Below, one piece after another: positions 45,369-58,072 of a stretch of DNA of 64,000 bases. This stretch comes from Haliotis cracherodii (lineage: Eukaryota), in the NCBI RefSeq assembly GCF_022045235.1, contig NW_027266273.1, forward strand, positions 22,134,001 to 22,198,000. Reading direction: 5' to 3'. A program made the translations under genes and the position numbers. Numbering within the stretch: the stretch's first letter is position 1; the number at the start of each line of letters is the position of its first letter. Below the pieces are notes generated by a model. It saw only the letters and a list, made by a program, of their open reading frames with translations. It did not search any database and was not told where the DNA came from.

Positions 45369-48031
45369 ATGATGCTGGTATATTTGACCTTCACCTTGGT
45401 GCTGGTGTCGTCTGCTGTGGCGATAAATGGTCCTTGTGCCCCCAATGAGAATCTACTGACGTTCCTGAAGGCAGTCCACAACATCCCGTCCTACAGCACC
45501 ATGTCTGCCGACAACAAGGTGCTCCTGACCGAGATGGTGTCGGAGGTGCAGATCTGTCAACTCACAGCCTACATCAACACCATTGGCTTCAGCAAAGTCC
45601 TTGGTTTGCTGGACAGTAAGTATAACGACTGGACCGCTGGAATGTCAGTCATGTGCTGATGGTACATACCAAACACGATTCCCCGCATGTCATTCATGTG
45701 CTGATGGTACATACCAAACACGATTCCCCGCATGTCATTCATGTGCTGGTGGTATATACCATACATGATTCCCCGCATGTCATTCATGTGCTGATGGTAC
45801 ATACCATACATGATTCCCCGCATGTCATTCATGTGCTGATGGTACATACCAAACACGATTCCCCACATGCCATTCATGTGCTGGTGGTACATACCAAACA
45901 CGATTCCCCGCATGCCATTATGTGCAGGTGGTACATACCAAACACGATTCCCCACATGCCATTCATGTGCAGATGGTACATACCAAACACAATTCCCAGC
46001 CTGTCATTCATGTGCAGATGGTACATACCAAACACAATTCCCGCATGGCATTCATGTGCAGGTGGTACATACCAAACACAATTCCCCGCATGTCATTCAT
46101 GTGCAGGTGGTACATACCAAACACGATTCCCCGCATGTCATTCATGTGCTGATGGTTCATACCAAACACGATTCCCCGCATGTCATTCATGTGCAGGTGG
46201 TACATACCATACACGATTCCCCGCATGTCATTCATGTGCTGATGGTACATACCAAACACGATTCCCCGCATGTCATTCATGTGCTGATGGTACATACCAA
46301 ACACGATTCCCCGCATGCCATTCATGTGCTGATGGTACATACCACATGCCATGTGCCATCTTCCCGAGGCAAGGGAGTTAACTGACTATAAAAGTCCAGT
46401 TTCCACCCTTGCCGAATTAGGCTGAAATTGCTGGGCTCGATCGTAGCGCCACCGCTGGCTATTACCAGTTACGTCCCTTCTAAGTCTCTCCTATGGACCA
46501 ATCAGATTCCACCTCTCGTATCACTTGCGTTTGCTTCCCACAAAATGGTGGCGCCGAGTCAGGACGATCTGATCGATAATCAAAATCTATATTGTGAAAA
46601 AACGGGTCTTACATCGCGAAATGCATCAAATCACGTGAGCAACTTGATCAAAAACATGAAAAGATTTGGAAAATATCTGCTGACAACGAGTTGGCGATGC
46701 ACATGCTTTGCAAATCCTGCAATCGACCGAAATCTGCACGACGATTTCGATTTCGGTGCGCGATTTTGATTGGACTAAGCATAGACACGTTAGTCCAGCC
46801 AAAATGTAACTCCATAATACCAGCCTAGTTGCGGCAAGGGTGGAAACTGAACTTTTATAGTCAGTTAACTCTCTTGCCTCAGGAAGATGGCCATCTGCAG
46901 GTGGTACAAACCAAACACAATTCCCAGCATGTCATTCATGTCCAGGTGGTACATACCAAACACGATTCCCCGCATGTCATTCATGTGCTGATGGTACGTA
47001 CCAAACACAATTCCCCGCATGTCATTCATGTGCTGGTACGATTGATAGTTTGTCATTCCTGTAACCAGTGCGACAACCACCATGTCTATCGTGTACTGAA
47101 CAGTGAGTTATAATCTCGACAACCACCATGTCTAGCATGATCTTGCATTACTGACAAAGCAATTATGGATAAAAAAGTCCAGACAGATTTATTTCAGGAC
47201 AATAGTAGAATGACATTTGTCGTGGGTAAATTCGACATGGAGCACAATTTGTATGTTGAATCTGAATAGATTTACACATTTGTGCTTTATTAACATTCCA
47301 TGTATCATCTTTCTTTCAAATGCCTGATGGGCGGTCGGGTAGCCTAGTGGTTAAAGTGTTCGCTCGTCACGCTGAAAACCCAGGTTCGATTCCCGACATG
47401 GGTACAATGTGTGAAGCCCATTTCTGGTGTCCCCCGCTGTGATATTGCTGGAATATTGCTAATAGCGGCGTAAAACCAAACTCACTCACTCACACTCAAA
47501 TACCTGATAAAGATTATGTACAGTAATTCCCTGTTCGTCGTGTCATGACGTGTCAAACTACTGCCTTTACAGGTCTTACCCCACAGGAAGCCCATCTGTT
47601 GAATTCCTATCTCGTGAAGGTGAGTGTTAGCAGGACATGGGCTCTCGTCCATGTGTTCTCCTACACAACACGGGTTTTTGTCTTTGTGCTTACGTTGTGT
47701 AGGGCGAAGTGTATTTAGAAGTAAGGGTTTCGTTAGCTTTACGAACCGCGGCGAGAGGCTGTGTTTTTTCATTCTCACACTGTATTATATAACCCATTCT
47801 TTATTCCACAGTGCGATTGTTCTACTGACGACTTCACAAAACGTTATTTAAGCACACAATAGGTTCTAGTTGCTAAAAAAGGAGTCAGATTGTGCATTGT
47901 GACTTGCCGTTCATTGTGTGTTCATCGCATGTGTTAAATTTACTGTTTGATTTCAGCACCTGAACATTGAGAAGGCTGTGAGCGACAAGCTTCACCATAC
48001 AACAACTCGCCCACCCACGCCTCACCACTGA
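45369..48031 (+). CDS. Small secreted protein, paralog 1 (122 aa, 2 Cys, His/Thr/Pro tail)
   Basis: Exons 45369-45615, 47573-47619, 47957-48031; signal peptide; GPCAPNENLL...CQLTAYI...LLD|SLTPQEAHLLNSYLVK|HLNIEK...PPTPHH*; AATAAA at 48093. Same intron positions and phases as paralog 2. Confidence 0.9.
45640..47040. repeat. 45-bp minisatellite split by a MITE
   Basis: ccaaacacgattccccgcatgtcattcatgtgctgatggtacata. Confidence 0.95.
46355..46891. mobile_element. MITE with ~70-bp TIRs inserted into a minisatellite
   Basis: gccatcttcccgaggcaagggagttaactgactataaaagtccagtttccacccttgccg and its inverse; flanks catgt/catct; related end at ~33095-33130. Confidence 0.9.
47329..47495 (+). mobile_element. 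tRNA-derived SINE family B (tRNA-Asp-like head, (CTCA)n tail)
   Basis: A box tagcctagtgg, GTC anticodon-like loop (ctcgtcacgc), B box ggttcgattccc; tail ggaatattgctaatagcggcgtaaaacc. Confidence 0.9.
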
Positions 48032-48314
48032 TACACGGGGTCACGAGTTCCCAGAGAGCTAGTGCTACATCTGAAAGAAGAGCATTTGAAGAAATAAATG
48101 AGAGAAAAAGAACATGTTCTTTCTTTTGTTTTTAGTCTTGGTAATTGGGTTTCTATCTAAAAGGTAGCATATAGATGATACCAACCTACTAGTTATAATT
48201 GAAAACTTTATTGAAATTCATCGTGATCATTAAGTAAGCTATCACACTGTTTTCAAAGGACGGTTAGTTTTCAGTGTGGTACGTGTCGACATTTGTACGT
48301 AAAAGGATTCGGTG

Positions 48315-51300
48315 TATGTCCTATCTGATACCTGATACCTGACTCTAGTATGTCCTATCTGATACCTGATACCTGACTCTAGTATGTCCTATCTGATATC
48401 TGATACCTGACTCTAGTATGTCCTATCTGATACCTGATACCTGACCCTAGTATGTCCTATCTGATACCTGATACCTGACTCTAGTATGTCCTATCTGATA
48501 CCTGATACCTGACTCTAGTATGTCCTGTCTGATACCTGATACCTGACTCTAGTATGTCCTATCTGATACCTGATACCTGACTCTAGTATGTCAAGTCTGA
48601 TACCTGACCCTAGTATGTCCTATCTGATACCTGACCCTAGTATGTCCTGACCCTTGTATGTCCTGTCTGATACCTGACCCTAGTATGTCCTGTCTGATAC
48701 CTGACCCTAGTATATCCTATCTGATTCCTGACCCTAGTATGTCCTATCTGATACCTGACACTAGTATGTCATATCTGATACCTGACCCTAGTATGTCCTG
48801 TCTGATACCTGACCCTAGTATGTCCTATCTGATACCTGACTCTAGTATGTCCTGTCTGATACCTGACCCTAGTATGTCCTGTCTGATACCTGACCCTAGT
48901 ATGTCCTGTCTGATACCTGACCCTAGTATGTCATATCTGATACCTGACCCTAGTATGTCCTATCTGATACCTGACCCTAGTATATCCTATCTGATACCTG
49001 ACCCTAGTATGTCATATCTGATACCTGACCCTAGTATGTCCTATCTGATACCTGACCCTAGTATGTCCTGACCCTTGTATGTCCTGACCCTAGTATGTCC
49101 TATCTGATACCTGACCCTAGTATATCCTATCTGATACCTGACCCTAGTATGTCATATCTGATACCTGACCCTAGTATGTCCTATCTGATACCTGACTCTA
49201 GTATGTCCTGTCTGATACCTGACCCTAGTATGTCATATCTGATACCTGACCCTAGTATGTCCTATCTGATACCTGACCCTAGTATGTCCTATCTGATACC
49301 TGACCCTAGTATGTCCTGTCTGATACCTGACCCTAGTATGTCCTGTCTGATACCTGACCCTAGTATATCCTATCTGATTCCTGACCCTAGTATGTCCTAT
49401 CTGATACCTGACTCTAGTATGTCCTGTCTGATACCTGACCCTAGTATGTCCTGTCTGATACCTGACTCTAGTATGTCCTATCTGATACCTGACCCTAGTA
49501 TGTCCTGTCTGATACCTGACCCTAGTATGTCCTGTCTGATTCCTGACCCTAGGATGTCTTATCTGATACCTGACTCTAGTATGTCCTGTCTGATACCTGA
49601 CCCTAGTATGTCCTATCTGATACCTGACTCTAGTATGTCCTATCTGATACCTGACTCTAGTATGTCCTGACCCTAGGATGTCTTATCTGATACCTGACCC
49701 TAGTATGTCCTATCTGATACCTGACCCTAGTATGTCCTATCTGATACCTGACTCTAGTATGTCCTATCTGATACCTGACTCTAGTATGTCCTGACCCTAG
49801 GATGTCCTATCTGATACCTGACCCTAGTATGTCCTATCTGATACCTGACTCTAGTATGTCCTATCTGATACCTGACCCTAGTATGTCCTGTCTGATACCT
49901 GACCCTAGTATGTCCTGTCTGATTCCTGACCCTAGGATGTCTTATCTGATACCTGACTCTAGTATGTCCTGTCTGATACCTGACCCTAGTATGTCCTATC
50001 TGATACCTGACTCTAGTATGTCCTATCTGATACCTGACTCTAGTATGTCCTGACCCTAGGATGTCTTATCTGATACCTGACCCTAGTATGTCCTGTCTGA
50101 TTCCTGACCCTAGTATGTCCTATCTGATACCTGACCCTAGTATGTCCTGTCTGATACCTGACTCTAGTATGTCCTGTCTGATACCTGACCCTAGTATGTC
50201 CTATCTGATACCTGACCCTAGTATGTCCTGTCTGATACCTGACTCTAGTATGTCCTATCTGATACCTGACCCTAGTATGTCCTGACCCTTGTATGTCCTG
50301 TCTGATACCTGACTCTAGTATGTCCTGTCTGATACCTGACCCTAGTATGTCCTGTCTGATACCTGACCCTAGTATGTCCTATCTGATACCTGACCCTAGT
50401 ATGTCCTATCTGATACCTGACCCTAGTATGTCCTGTCTGATACCTGACCCTAGTATATCCTATCTGATACCTGACCCTAGTATGTCCTATCTGATACCTG
50501 ACCCTAATATGTCCTGTCTGATACCTGACCCTAGTATGTCCTATCTGATACCTGACCCTAATATGTCCTGTCTGATACCTGACCCTAGTATGTCCTGTCT
50601 GATACCTGACCCTAGTATATCCTATCTGATACCTGACCCTAGTATGTCCTATCTGATACCTGACCCTAGTATGTCATATCTGATACCCGACCCTAATATG
50701 TCCTGTCTGATACCTGACCCTAGTATGTCCTATCTGATACCTGACCCTAGTATGTCCTATCTGATACCTGACCCTAGTATGTCCTGACCCTAGTATGTCC
50801 TATCTGATACCTGACCCTAGGATGTCTTATCTGATACCTGACCCTAGTATGTCCTGTCTGATTCCTGACCCTAGTATGTCCTGTCTGATACCTGACCCTA
50901 GGATGTCTTATCTGATACCTGACTCTAGTATGTCCTGTCTGATACCTGACTCTAGTATGTCCTGTCTGATTCCTGACCCTAGTATGTCCTGTCTGATACC
51001 TGACCCTAGTATGTCCTGACCCTTGTATGTCCTGTCTGATACCTGACCCTAGTATGTCCTGACCCTAGTATGTCCTGTCTGATACCTGACTCTAGTATGT
51101 CCTGTCTGATACCTGACCCTAGTATGTCCTATCTGATACCTGACCCTAGTATGTCCTGTCTGATACCTGACCCTAGTATGTCCTGTCTGATTCCTGACCC
51201 TAGTATGTCCTGACTGATACCTGACCCTAGTATGTCCTGTCTGATACCTGACCCTAGTATGTCCTGTCTGATACCTGACCCTAGTATGTCCTGTCTGATA

Positions 51301-51850
51301 CCTGACCCTAGTATGTCCTGTCTGATACCTGACCCTAGTATGTCCTGTCTGATTCCTGACCCTAGTATGTCCTGACTGATACCTGACCCTAGTATGTCCT
51401 GTCTGATACCTGACCCTAGTATGTCCTGTCTGATACCTGACTCTAGTATGTCCTCTCTGATACCTGACCCTAGTATGTCCTATCTGATACCTGACCCCAA
51501 TATGTCCTGTCTGATTCCTGACCCTAGTATGTCCTGTCTGATACCTGACCCTAGTATGTCCTGTCTGATACCTGACTCTAGTATGTCCTCTCTGATACCT
51601 GACCCTAGTATGTCCTGTCTGATACCTGACCCTAGTATGTCCTGTCTGATACCTGACTCTAGTATGTCCTATCTGATACCTGACCCTAGTATGTCCTATC
51701 TGATACCTGACCCTAGTATGTCCTATCTGATACCTGACTCTAGTATGTCCTGTCTGATACCTGACCCTAGTATGTCCTGTCTGATACCTGACCCTAGTAT
51801 GTCCTATCTGATACCTGACCCTAGTATGTCCTATCGGATTCCTGTACCTG
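48315..51850. repeat. 27-bp minisatellite (3.5 kb; 33- and 15-bp variant units)
   Basis: ccctagtatgtcctatctgatacctga. Confidence 0.98.
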
Positions 51851-51861
51851 GTGTATCCTCG

Positions 51862-53152
51862 CTCCTGCCTGTCCTATGCACGTCATAACTGCTGCCTGTC
51901 CTAGGCACGTCGTAGCTGCTGTCTGTCCTAGGTACGTCGTAGCTGCTGTCTGTCCTAGGCACGTCGTAGTGGCTGCCTGTCTTAGGCACGTTATAGCTGC
52001 TGTCTGTCCTAGGCACATCATATTTGCTGTCTGTCCTAGGCATGTCGTAACTGCTGACTGTCACAAACACGTCGTAGCTGCTGCCTGTCCTTGGCACGTC
52101 GGAGTTTCTGTCTGTCCTAGGCACGTCGCAGCTGTTGTCTGTCCTAGGCACGTCGCAGCTGATGTTTATCCTAATCTCGCCGAAGCTAATGTCCTCCCTA
52201 GGTACGTCGTAGCTGCTGTCTGTCCTAGGCATGTCGTAGCTGCTGCTTGTCTAAGGCATGTCGTACCTGCTGCCTGTCCTATGCATGTCGTAGCTGCTGC
52301 CTGTCTAAGGCACATCGTAGTTGCTGTCTGTCCTAGGCATGTCGTAGCTGCTGCCTGTCTAAGGCATATCGTACCTGCTGCCTGTCCTATGCATGTCGTA
52401 GCTGCTGCTTGTCTAAGGCATGTCGTACCTGCTGCCTGTCCTATGCATATCGTAGCTGCTGTCTGTCTAAGGCATATCGTAAGTGCTGCCTGTGTTAGGC
52501 ACATCGTAGCTGCTGTCTGTCCTAGGCACGTCGTAGCTTTTGCCTGTTCTAAGCACGTTGTAGTTGTTGCCTGTCCTAGGCACGTCGTAACTGATGCCTG
52601 TCCTAGGCACGTCGTAGCTGCTGTCTGTCCTAGGCACGTCGTAGCTGCTGTCTGTCCTAGGCACGTCGTAACTGCTGCCTGTCCTAGGCACGTCGTAGCT
52701 GCTGTCTGTCATAGGAACGTCGTAGCTGCTGTCTGTCCTTGGCAAGTCGTAGCTGCTGCCTGTCCTAGGCACGTCGTAGCTGCTGCCTGTGTTAGGCACG
52801 TCGTTGCTACTGTCTGTCTTAGGCACGTCATAGCTGCTGCCTGTTAGGCACGTCGTAGCTGATGTCTGTCATAGGAACGTCGTAGCTGCTGTCTGTCCTT
52901 GGCAAGTCGTAGCTGCTGCCTGTCCTAGGCACGTCGTAGCTGCTGCCTGTGTTAGGCACGTCGTTGCTACTGTCTGTCTTAGGCACGTCATAGCTGCTGC
53001 CTGTTAGGCACGTCGTAACTGCTGTCTGTCCTAGGAACGTCATAACTGCTGCCTGCCCTAGGCACGTCGTAACTGCTACCTGTCCTAAGCGCGTCGTAGC
53101 TGGTGTCTGTCCTAGGAACGTCGTAACTGCTGTCTGTCCTTGGCACGTCGTA
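51862..53152. repeat. 27-bp minisatellite
   Basis: gtcctaggcacgtcgtagctgctgtct. Confidence 0.97.
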
Positions 53153-53751
53153 GGCCCATTGTTCTCTTTGAACCTGGTCATGGCTTGAAATCGAAGTTTG
53201 AACTTTCTTTGCGGTAAGGAACCCGCATTACAGTCGTACTGTTTTATATACTGTTTTCTCAGTGACACCAATGACATCTTGCCTGTACTGAAGCAGTGCT
53301 TCGATATCATCTCCTGCAGCACAACAACGCCCTATCGTATTGGTGCTGCGTATGAACATTGAATTTTGGAATGGGCACTGGTCAGATTGAATTAGAGAAA
53401 GGTTTCCAGTATGAAATCGACCACTGAGGATTATGAACTCACTCAGGCAGGAACAGAACACACCTTTCAGTTCCGTTTTACTGCGGGCACATAACCATCA
53501 CGTTTACACGTTGACTTTATCAGTGTTTTTCCACAAACCAAACCAGATAACGGGTGACATTCCAGTCTGTCACGTTCACACGCTATCTCCACTGATCTAC
53601 TTCTTTATATTGAACCTACACAACGGATCGTATATTCTCAGCCGAACCCAGTACAGGTAAATGAAGTCCACAGCGTCTCCTTGAATAAGACAATGTGTGA
53701 CAATGTGTGACAATGTGTGACAATGTGACCATGTAACATATCATACCTCCA

Positions 53752-54033
53752 TGGCACGGATGGCCCAGTGGTCTCAGGCGCTGCAATTAGCTGTGCAGAG
53801 TTGCGTTTCTTAGGCACGCCAGAAACCTATGATTGTGGGTTCGAATCCCGGTTCACCCCAATTGTTTCTAGGTTTGTCAGAACCATACCCGTGCTCATGG
53901 GTTTCACCGAAGTGGTAAACGTCTGAGACCTGCATCACTTCGGGCTTTCTTCACACATTAAGCTGACTCGCCGTGATATAAATGGAATACTGTTAAAAAC
54001 GGCGTTAAACCCAACTCACTCACTCACTCACTC
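53752..54033 (+). mobile_element. SINE family D abutting the acceptor of paralog 2's first coding exon
   Basis: Similarity to 20198-20496. Confidence 0.88.
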
Positions 54034-54081
54034 TTTTGTCCCTGCAGCGTTACGCCTCAGCATCTGTCTCTTCTATCCACA

Positions 54082-56594
54082 ATGATCCCCTACGTGGTTC
54101 TGGCGCTACTGCTATCAACGGCTGCTGCTTCTGGGCCCTGCGCCCCGAACGAGGACCTCCTCAAACTGCTGAAAGGCATCCATGCAGCCCCATCGTACAG
54201 CACAATGTCAGCTGCCAACAAGGCGCTTATCCCTGAGCTGATTGGCGCATCTGAATCCTGTCAGCTGACGGCGTATATCTACACCGTGGGCTTCCATAAA
54301 GTCCTGGATTTGTTGGACAGTAAGTAATGGTATATTCGACTTCCATACTGTTCCGAATATCGTGAGTATTTGTTGACATGGCCCTTGTGGTCTGACATCC
54401 AGTCCTGGACTTCATTGACGGATGGTTTATATATTGGGGAGTCCATTCTTGGTGCTGTTGACTTTGCGTACTGAATGGCGTATGGCGAGCGAGCATCTGA
54501 AAATGGCTGCCGATCAGGAGCTGGATACGTTCGCTATTGGAACATTAACAGATGTGTTTATCACAAACTGTAACACGGCTCTAGCACTTGACAACAACTT
54601 ATCAAACATTATGAAATCTATTTCAGAGCACATCTAATTAAATTGTTTGTTTGTTATTTAACGCCACCCTCAGCAATACATGACGACGGTCTGTAAATAA
54701 TCGATCGAGTCTGTAGCAGACAATCCAGTGATTAACATCATGACCATCGATCCACCAAATTGGGATACGATGACATGCATCAACCAAGTCAGCGAGCCTG
54801 ACCACCCGATCTCGTTAGTCGCCTCTTACGACACGCATGGGTTGCTGAGGACAAGTAACCCGCTGTAATACACTACCACTGTGTCACAAAAATGAGCTGA
54901 ATCGCCCGGTTCGAAATTAAAATTAGATATCTAATCTACAGTTGGAATATCTCAAATTCAAAGCACAGGAGGTTTATCTTCTAGCTGTCCTTGTGTACTG
55001 ATAGTGATAACTATCAAGATCGTTATTAACATGAGATCAGACCAAGTAATACATTATAATACGGAATGGCGTTTGTTTCGTCTGTGTAATTGTTATCGTT
55101 TTCATTCACTCCGTAGATATGTTACCGGAGTAGAAATGTATCTACACCAGTTAAAACCGGATATTTCACCGTGATGCATGCTCGACTGTGACTGTTCCTC
55201 TCCGCAGGTGTGACGCCAGGTGAAGCTCACTTCTTGAACACCTACCTGTCAGCGGTAAGTACAGGTGAAACTCACTTCTTGAGCACCTACCTGTCAGCGG
55301 TAAGTACAGGTGAAGCTCACTTTTTGAACACCTACCTGTTAGCAGTAAGTACAGGTGAAATTCACTTTTTGAACACCTACCTGTTAGCAGTAAGTACAGG
55401 TGAAGCTCACTTTTTGAACACCTACCTGTCAGCGGTAAGTACAGGTGAAACTCACTTTTTGAACACCTACCTGTTAGCAGTAAGTACAGGTGAAACTCAC
55501 TTCTTGAGCACCTACCTGTTAGCGGTAAGTACAGGTGAAACTCACTTCTTGAACACCTGCCTGTTAGCAGTATGTACAGGTGAAACTCACTTCTTGAACA
55601 CCTGCCTGTCAGGGATAAGTACAGGTGAAACTCACTTCTTGAACACCTACCTGTCAGCGATAAGTACAGGTGAAACTCACTTCTAGAGCACCTACCTGTC
55701 AGCGATAAGTACAGGTGAAACTCACTTCTTGACACCTACCTGTCAGCAATAGGTACAGGTGAAACTCACTTCTTGAACACATACCTGTCAGCAGTAAGTA
55801 CAGGTGAAACTCACTTCTTGAGCACCTACCTGTCAGCGGTAAGTAAAGGTGAAACTCACTTCTTGAACACCTACCTGTCAGCAGTAAGTACAGGTGAAAC
55901 TCACTTTTTGAACACCTGCCTGTCAGCGATAAGTACAGGTGAAACTCATTTCTAGAGCACCTACCTGTCAGCGATAAGTACAGGTGAAACTCACTTCTTG
56001 ACACCTACCTGTCAGCAATAGGTACAGGTGAAACTCACTTCTTGAACACCTACCTATCAGCGATAGGTACAGGTGAAACTCATTTCTTGAGCACCTACCT
56101 GTCAGCAGTAAATACAGGTGAAACTCACTTCTTGAACACCTACCTGTTAGCAGTAAGTACAGGTGAAACTCACTTCTTGAACACCTACCTGTTAGCAGTA
56201 AGTACAGGTGAAACTCACTTCTTGAACACCTACCTGTCAGCGGTAAGTACAGGTGAAACTCACTTCTAGAGCACGTACCTGTCAGCAGTAAGTACAGGTG
56301 AAACTCACTTCTTTAAACCTACCTGTCAACAGTAAATACAGGTGAAACTCACTTCTTGAAACCTACCTGTCAGCAGTAAATACAGGTGAAACTCATTTCT
56401 TGAGCACCTACCTGCCAGATGGTACCTAGCTGATTCAAGAAGTTTTCTTGCGAAATCTGGATATGTAGTCACGTGATGACATTGTCAGACGCAACGCTTC
56501 ATTAAGTTTGTTGTGTTTGTTCCAGCATCTCAAGTTTGAGCAGTCCCTGGCTGGGTTGCACACAACGGCCAAACCTGCACCTACTCACTCATAG
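54082..56594 (+). CDS. Small secreted protein, paralog 2 (117 aa)
   Basis: Exons 54082-54319, 55208-55254, 56526-56594; signal peptide; GPCAPNEDLL...CQLTAYI...LLD|SVTPGEAHFLNTYLSA|HLKFEQ...PAPTHS*; 47-nt middle exon as in paralog 1. Confidence 0.9.
54643..54850 (-). mobile_element. Family A copy
   Basis: Reverse-strand similarity. Confidence 0.85.
55216..56420. repeat. 45-bp minisatellite made of an exon 3' end plus donor
   Basis: acaggtgaaactcacttcttgaacacctacctgtcagcggtaagt, ~27 copies. Confidence 0.97.
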
Positions 56595-57109
56595 TAAGCA
56601 TGGGAGATCAACAGTGACCTTTCCTTTGCCGCCATGTTGTTGTTTTTAACCAATATAAACATATTTGCCTCCGTATGTTGTCCGGTGTTAATGAGAAACC
56701 AAAGTTCTGAAACCTGTTATAAGAATGTTATAAGTTATGCCACGTCATCACTTTCAAATCAGATCGCTGATACTAAACTGCATGAAAGATTGAGAGAGTG
56801 AGTGAGTGAGGTAGTTGGGTTTGACGCTTCGTTGAACATATTGCCGTTTTATCACCATGCATCAGCTTGATGTGGCTGCAGGACTCGAAGTGATACAGGT
56901 CATAGTAATTTACCACTTTGGTGAAACCCTAGAACACGGTTATGATGATGAAACACATAATCAAGGTGATCTCGGATTCGAACCCATCACCATTAAAGAA
57001 CGTCAGTTAATACGTTCGTAGCATTTGACTTCATCCGTGCCTGGTTAGAACTACAGGAAGTCCGTGCTGACACCGCCATGGCTGGTGGCAGCTGCCTCCG
57101 TCGTAACGC

Positions 57110-58072
57110 TGTTCGGGGCTTTAGTGGATGTTCGGGGCTGTAGTGGGTGTTCGGGGCTGTAGTGGATGTTCGGGGCTGTAGTGGGTGTTCGGGGCTGTAG
57201 TGAATGTTCGGGGCTTTAGTGGATGTTCGGGGCTGTAGTGGGTGTTCGGGGCTGTAGTGGATGTTCGGGGCTGTAGTTGGTGTTCGGGGCTGTAGTGGAT
57301 GTTCGGGGCTTTAGTGGATGTTCGGGGCTGTAGTGGGTGTTCGGGGCTGTAGTGGATGTTCGGGGCTGTAGTGGGTGTTCGGGGCTGTAGTGGATGTTCG
57401 GGGCTTTAGTGGGTGTTCGGGGCTTTAGTGGATGTTCGGGGCTTTAGTGGGTGTTCGGGGTTGTAGTGGATGTCCGGGGCTGTAGTGGATGTTCGGGGCT
57501 GTAGTGGGTGTTCGGGGCTGTAGTGGTTGTTCGGGGCTGTAGTGGATGTTCGGGGCTGTAGTGGATGTTCGGGGCTGTAGTGGGTGTTCGGGGCTGTAGT
57601 GGATGTTCGGGGTCATTGTGGGTGTTCGGGGTCATTGTGGGTGTTCGGCGTTATTGTGGGTGTTCGGCGTTATTGTGGGTGTTCGGGGCTGTAGTGGGTG
57701 TTCGGGATTAGTGTGGGTAATCGGGGACACTGTGGGTGTTCGGGGTCATTGTGGGTAATCAGGGTCATTGTGGGTGTTCGGGGTTAGTGTGTGTAATCGG
57801 GGTCATTGTGGGTGTCCGGGGTTAGTGTGGATGTTCGGGGTTATTGTAGGTGTTCGGAGCTGTTGCGAGTGTTCGGGGTTAGTGAGGATGTTTCGGGGTC
57901 ATTGTGGGTGTTCGGTGTCATTGTGGGTGTTCAGGATCAGTGTTGGTGTTCGCGGTCATTGTGGGTGTTCCGGGCTGTTTTGGGTGTTCGGGGTTATTGT
58001 GGGTGTTTGGGTTGCTGTGGGTGTTCGGGGTTCTTGTGGGTGTTCGGGCTGTTGTGGATGTTCGGGGCTGCT
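57110..58072. repeat. 19-bp G-rich minisatellite
   Basis: gtgggtgttcggggctgta, decaying to the right. Confidence 0.95.

Noticed and set aside
45569-46385. His-rich repeat ORFs
   Set aside because: Intronic 45-bp array with frameshifts; exon 1 read-through stops at 45659
47329-47400. tRNA-Asp gene
   Set aside because: tRNA-like head of a multi-copy SINE with body and tail; copies are divergent
48658-52847. (MSYLIPDPS)n and (RHVVAAVCP)n ORFs
   Set aside because: Minisatellite translations, broken by stops where unit length varies
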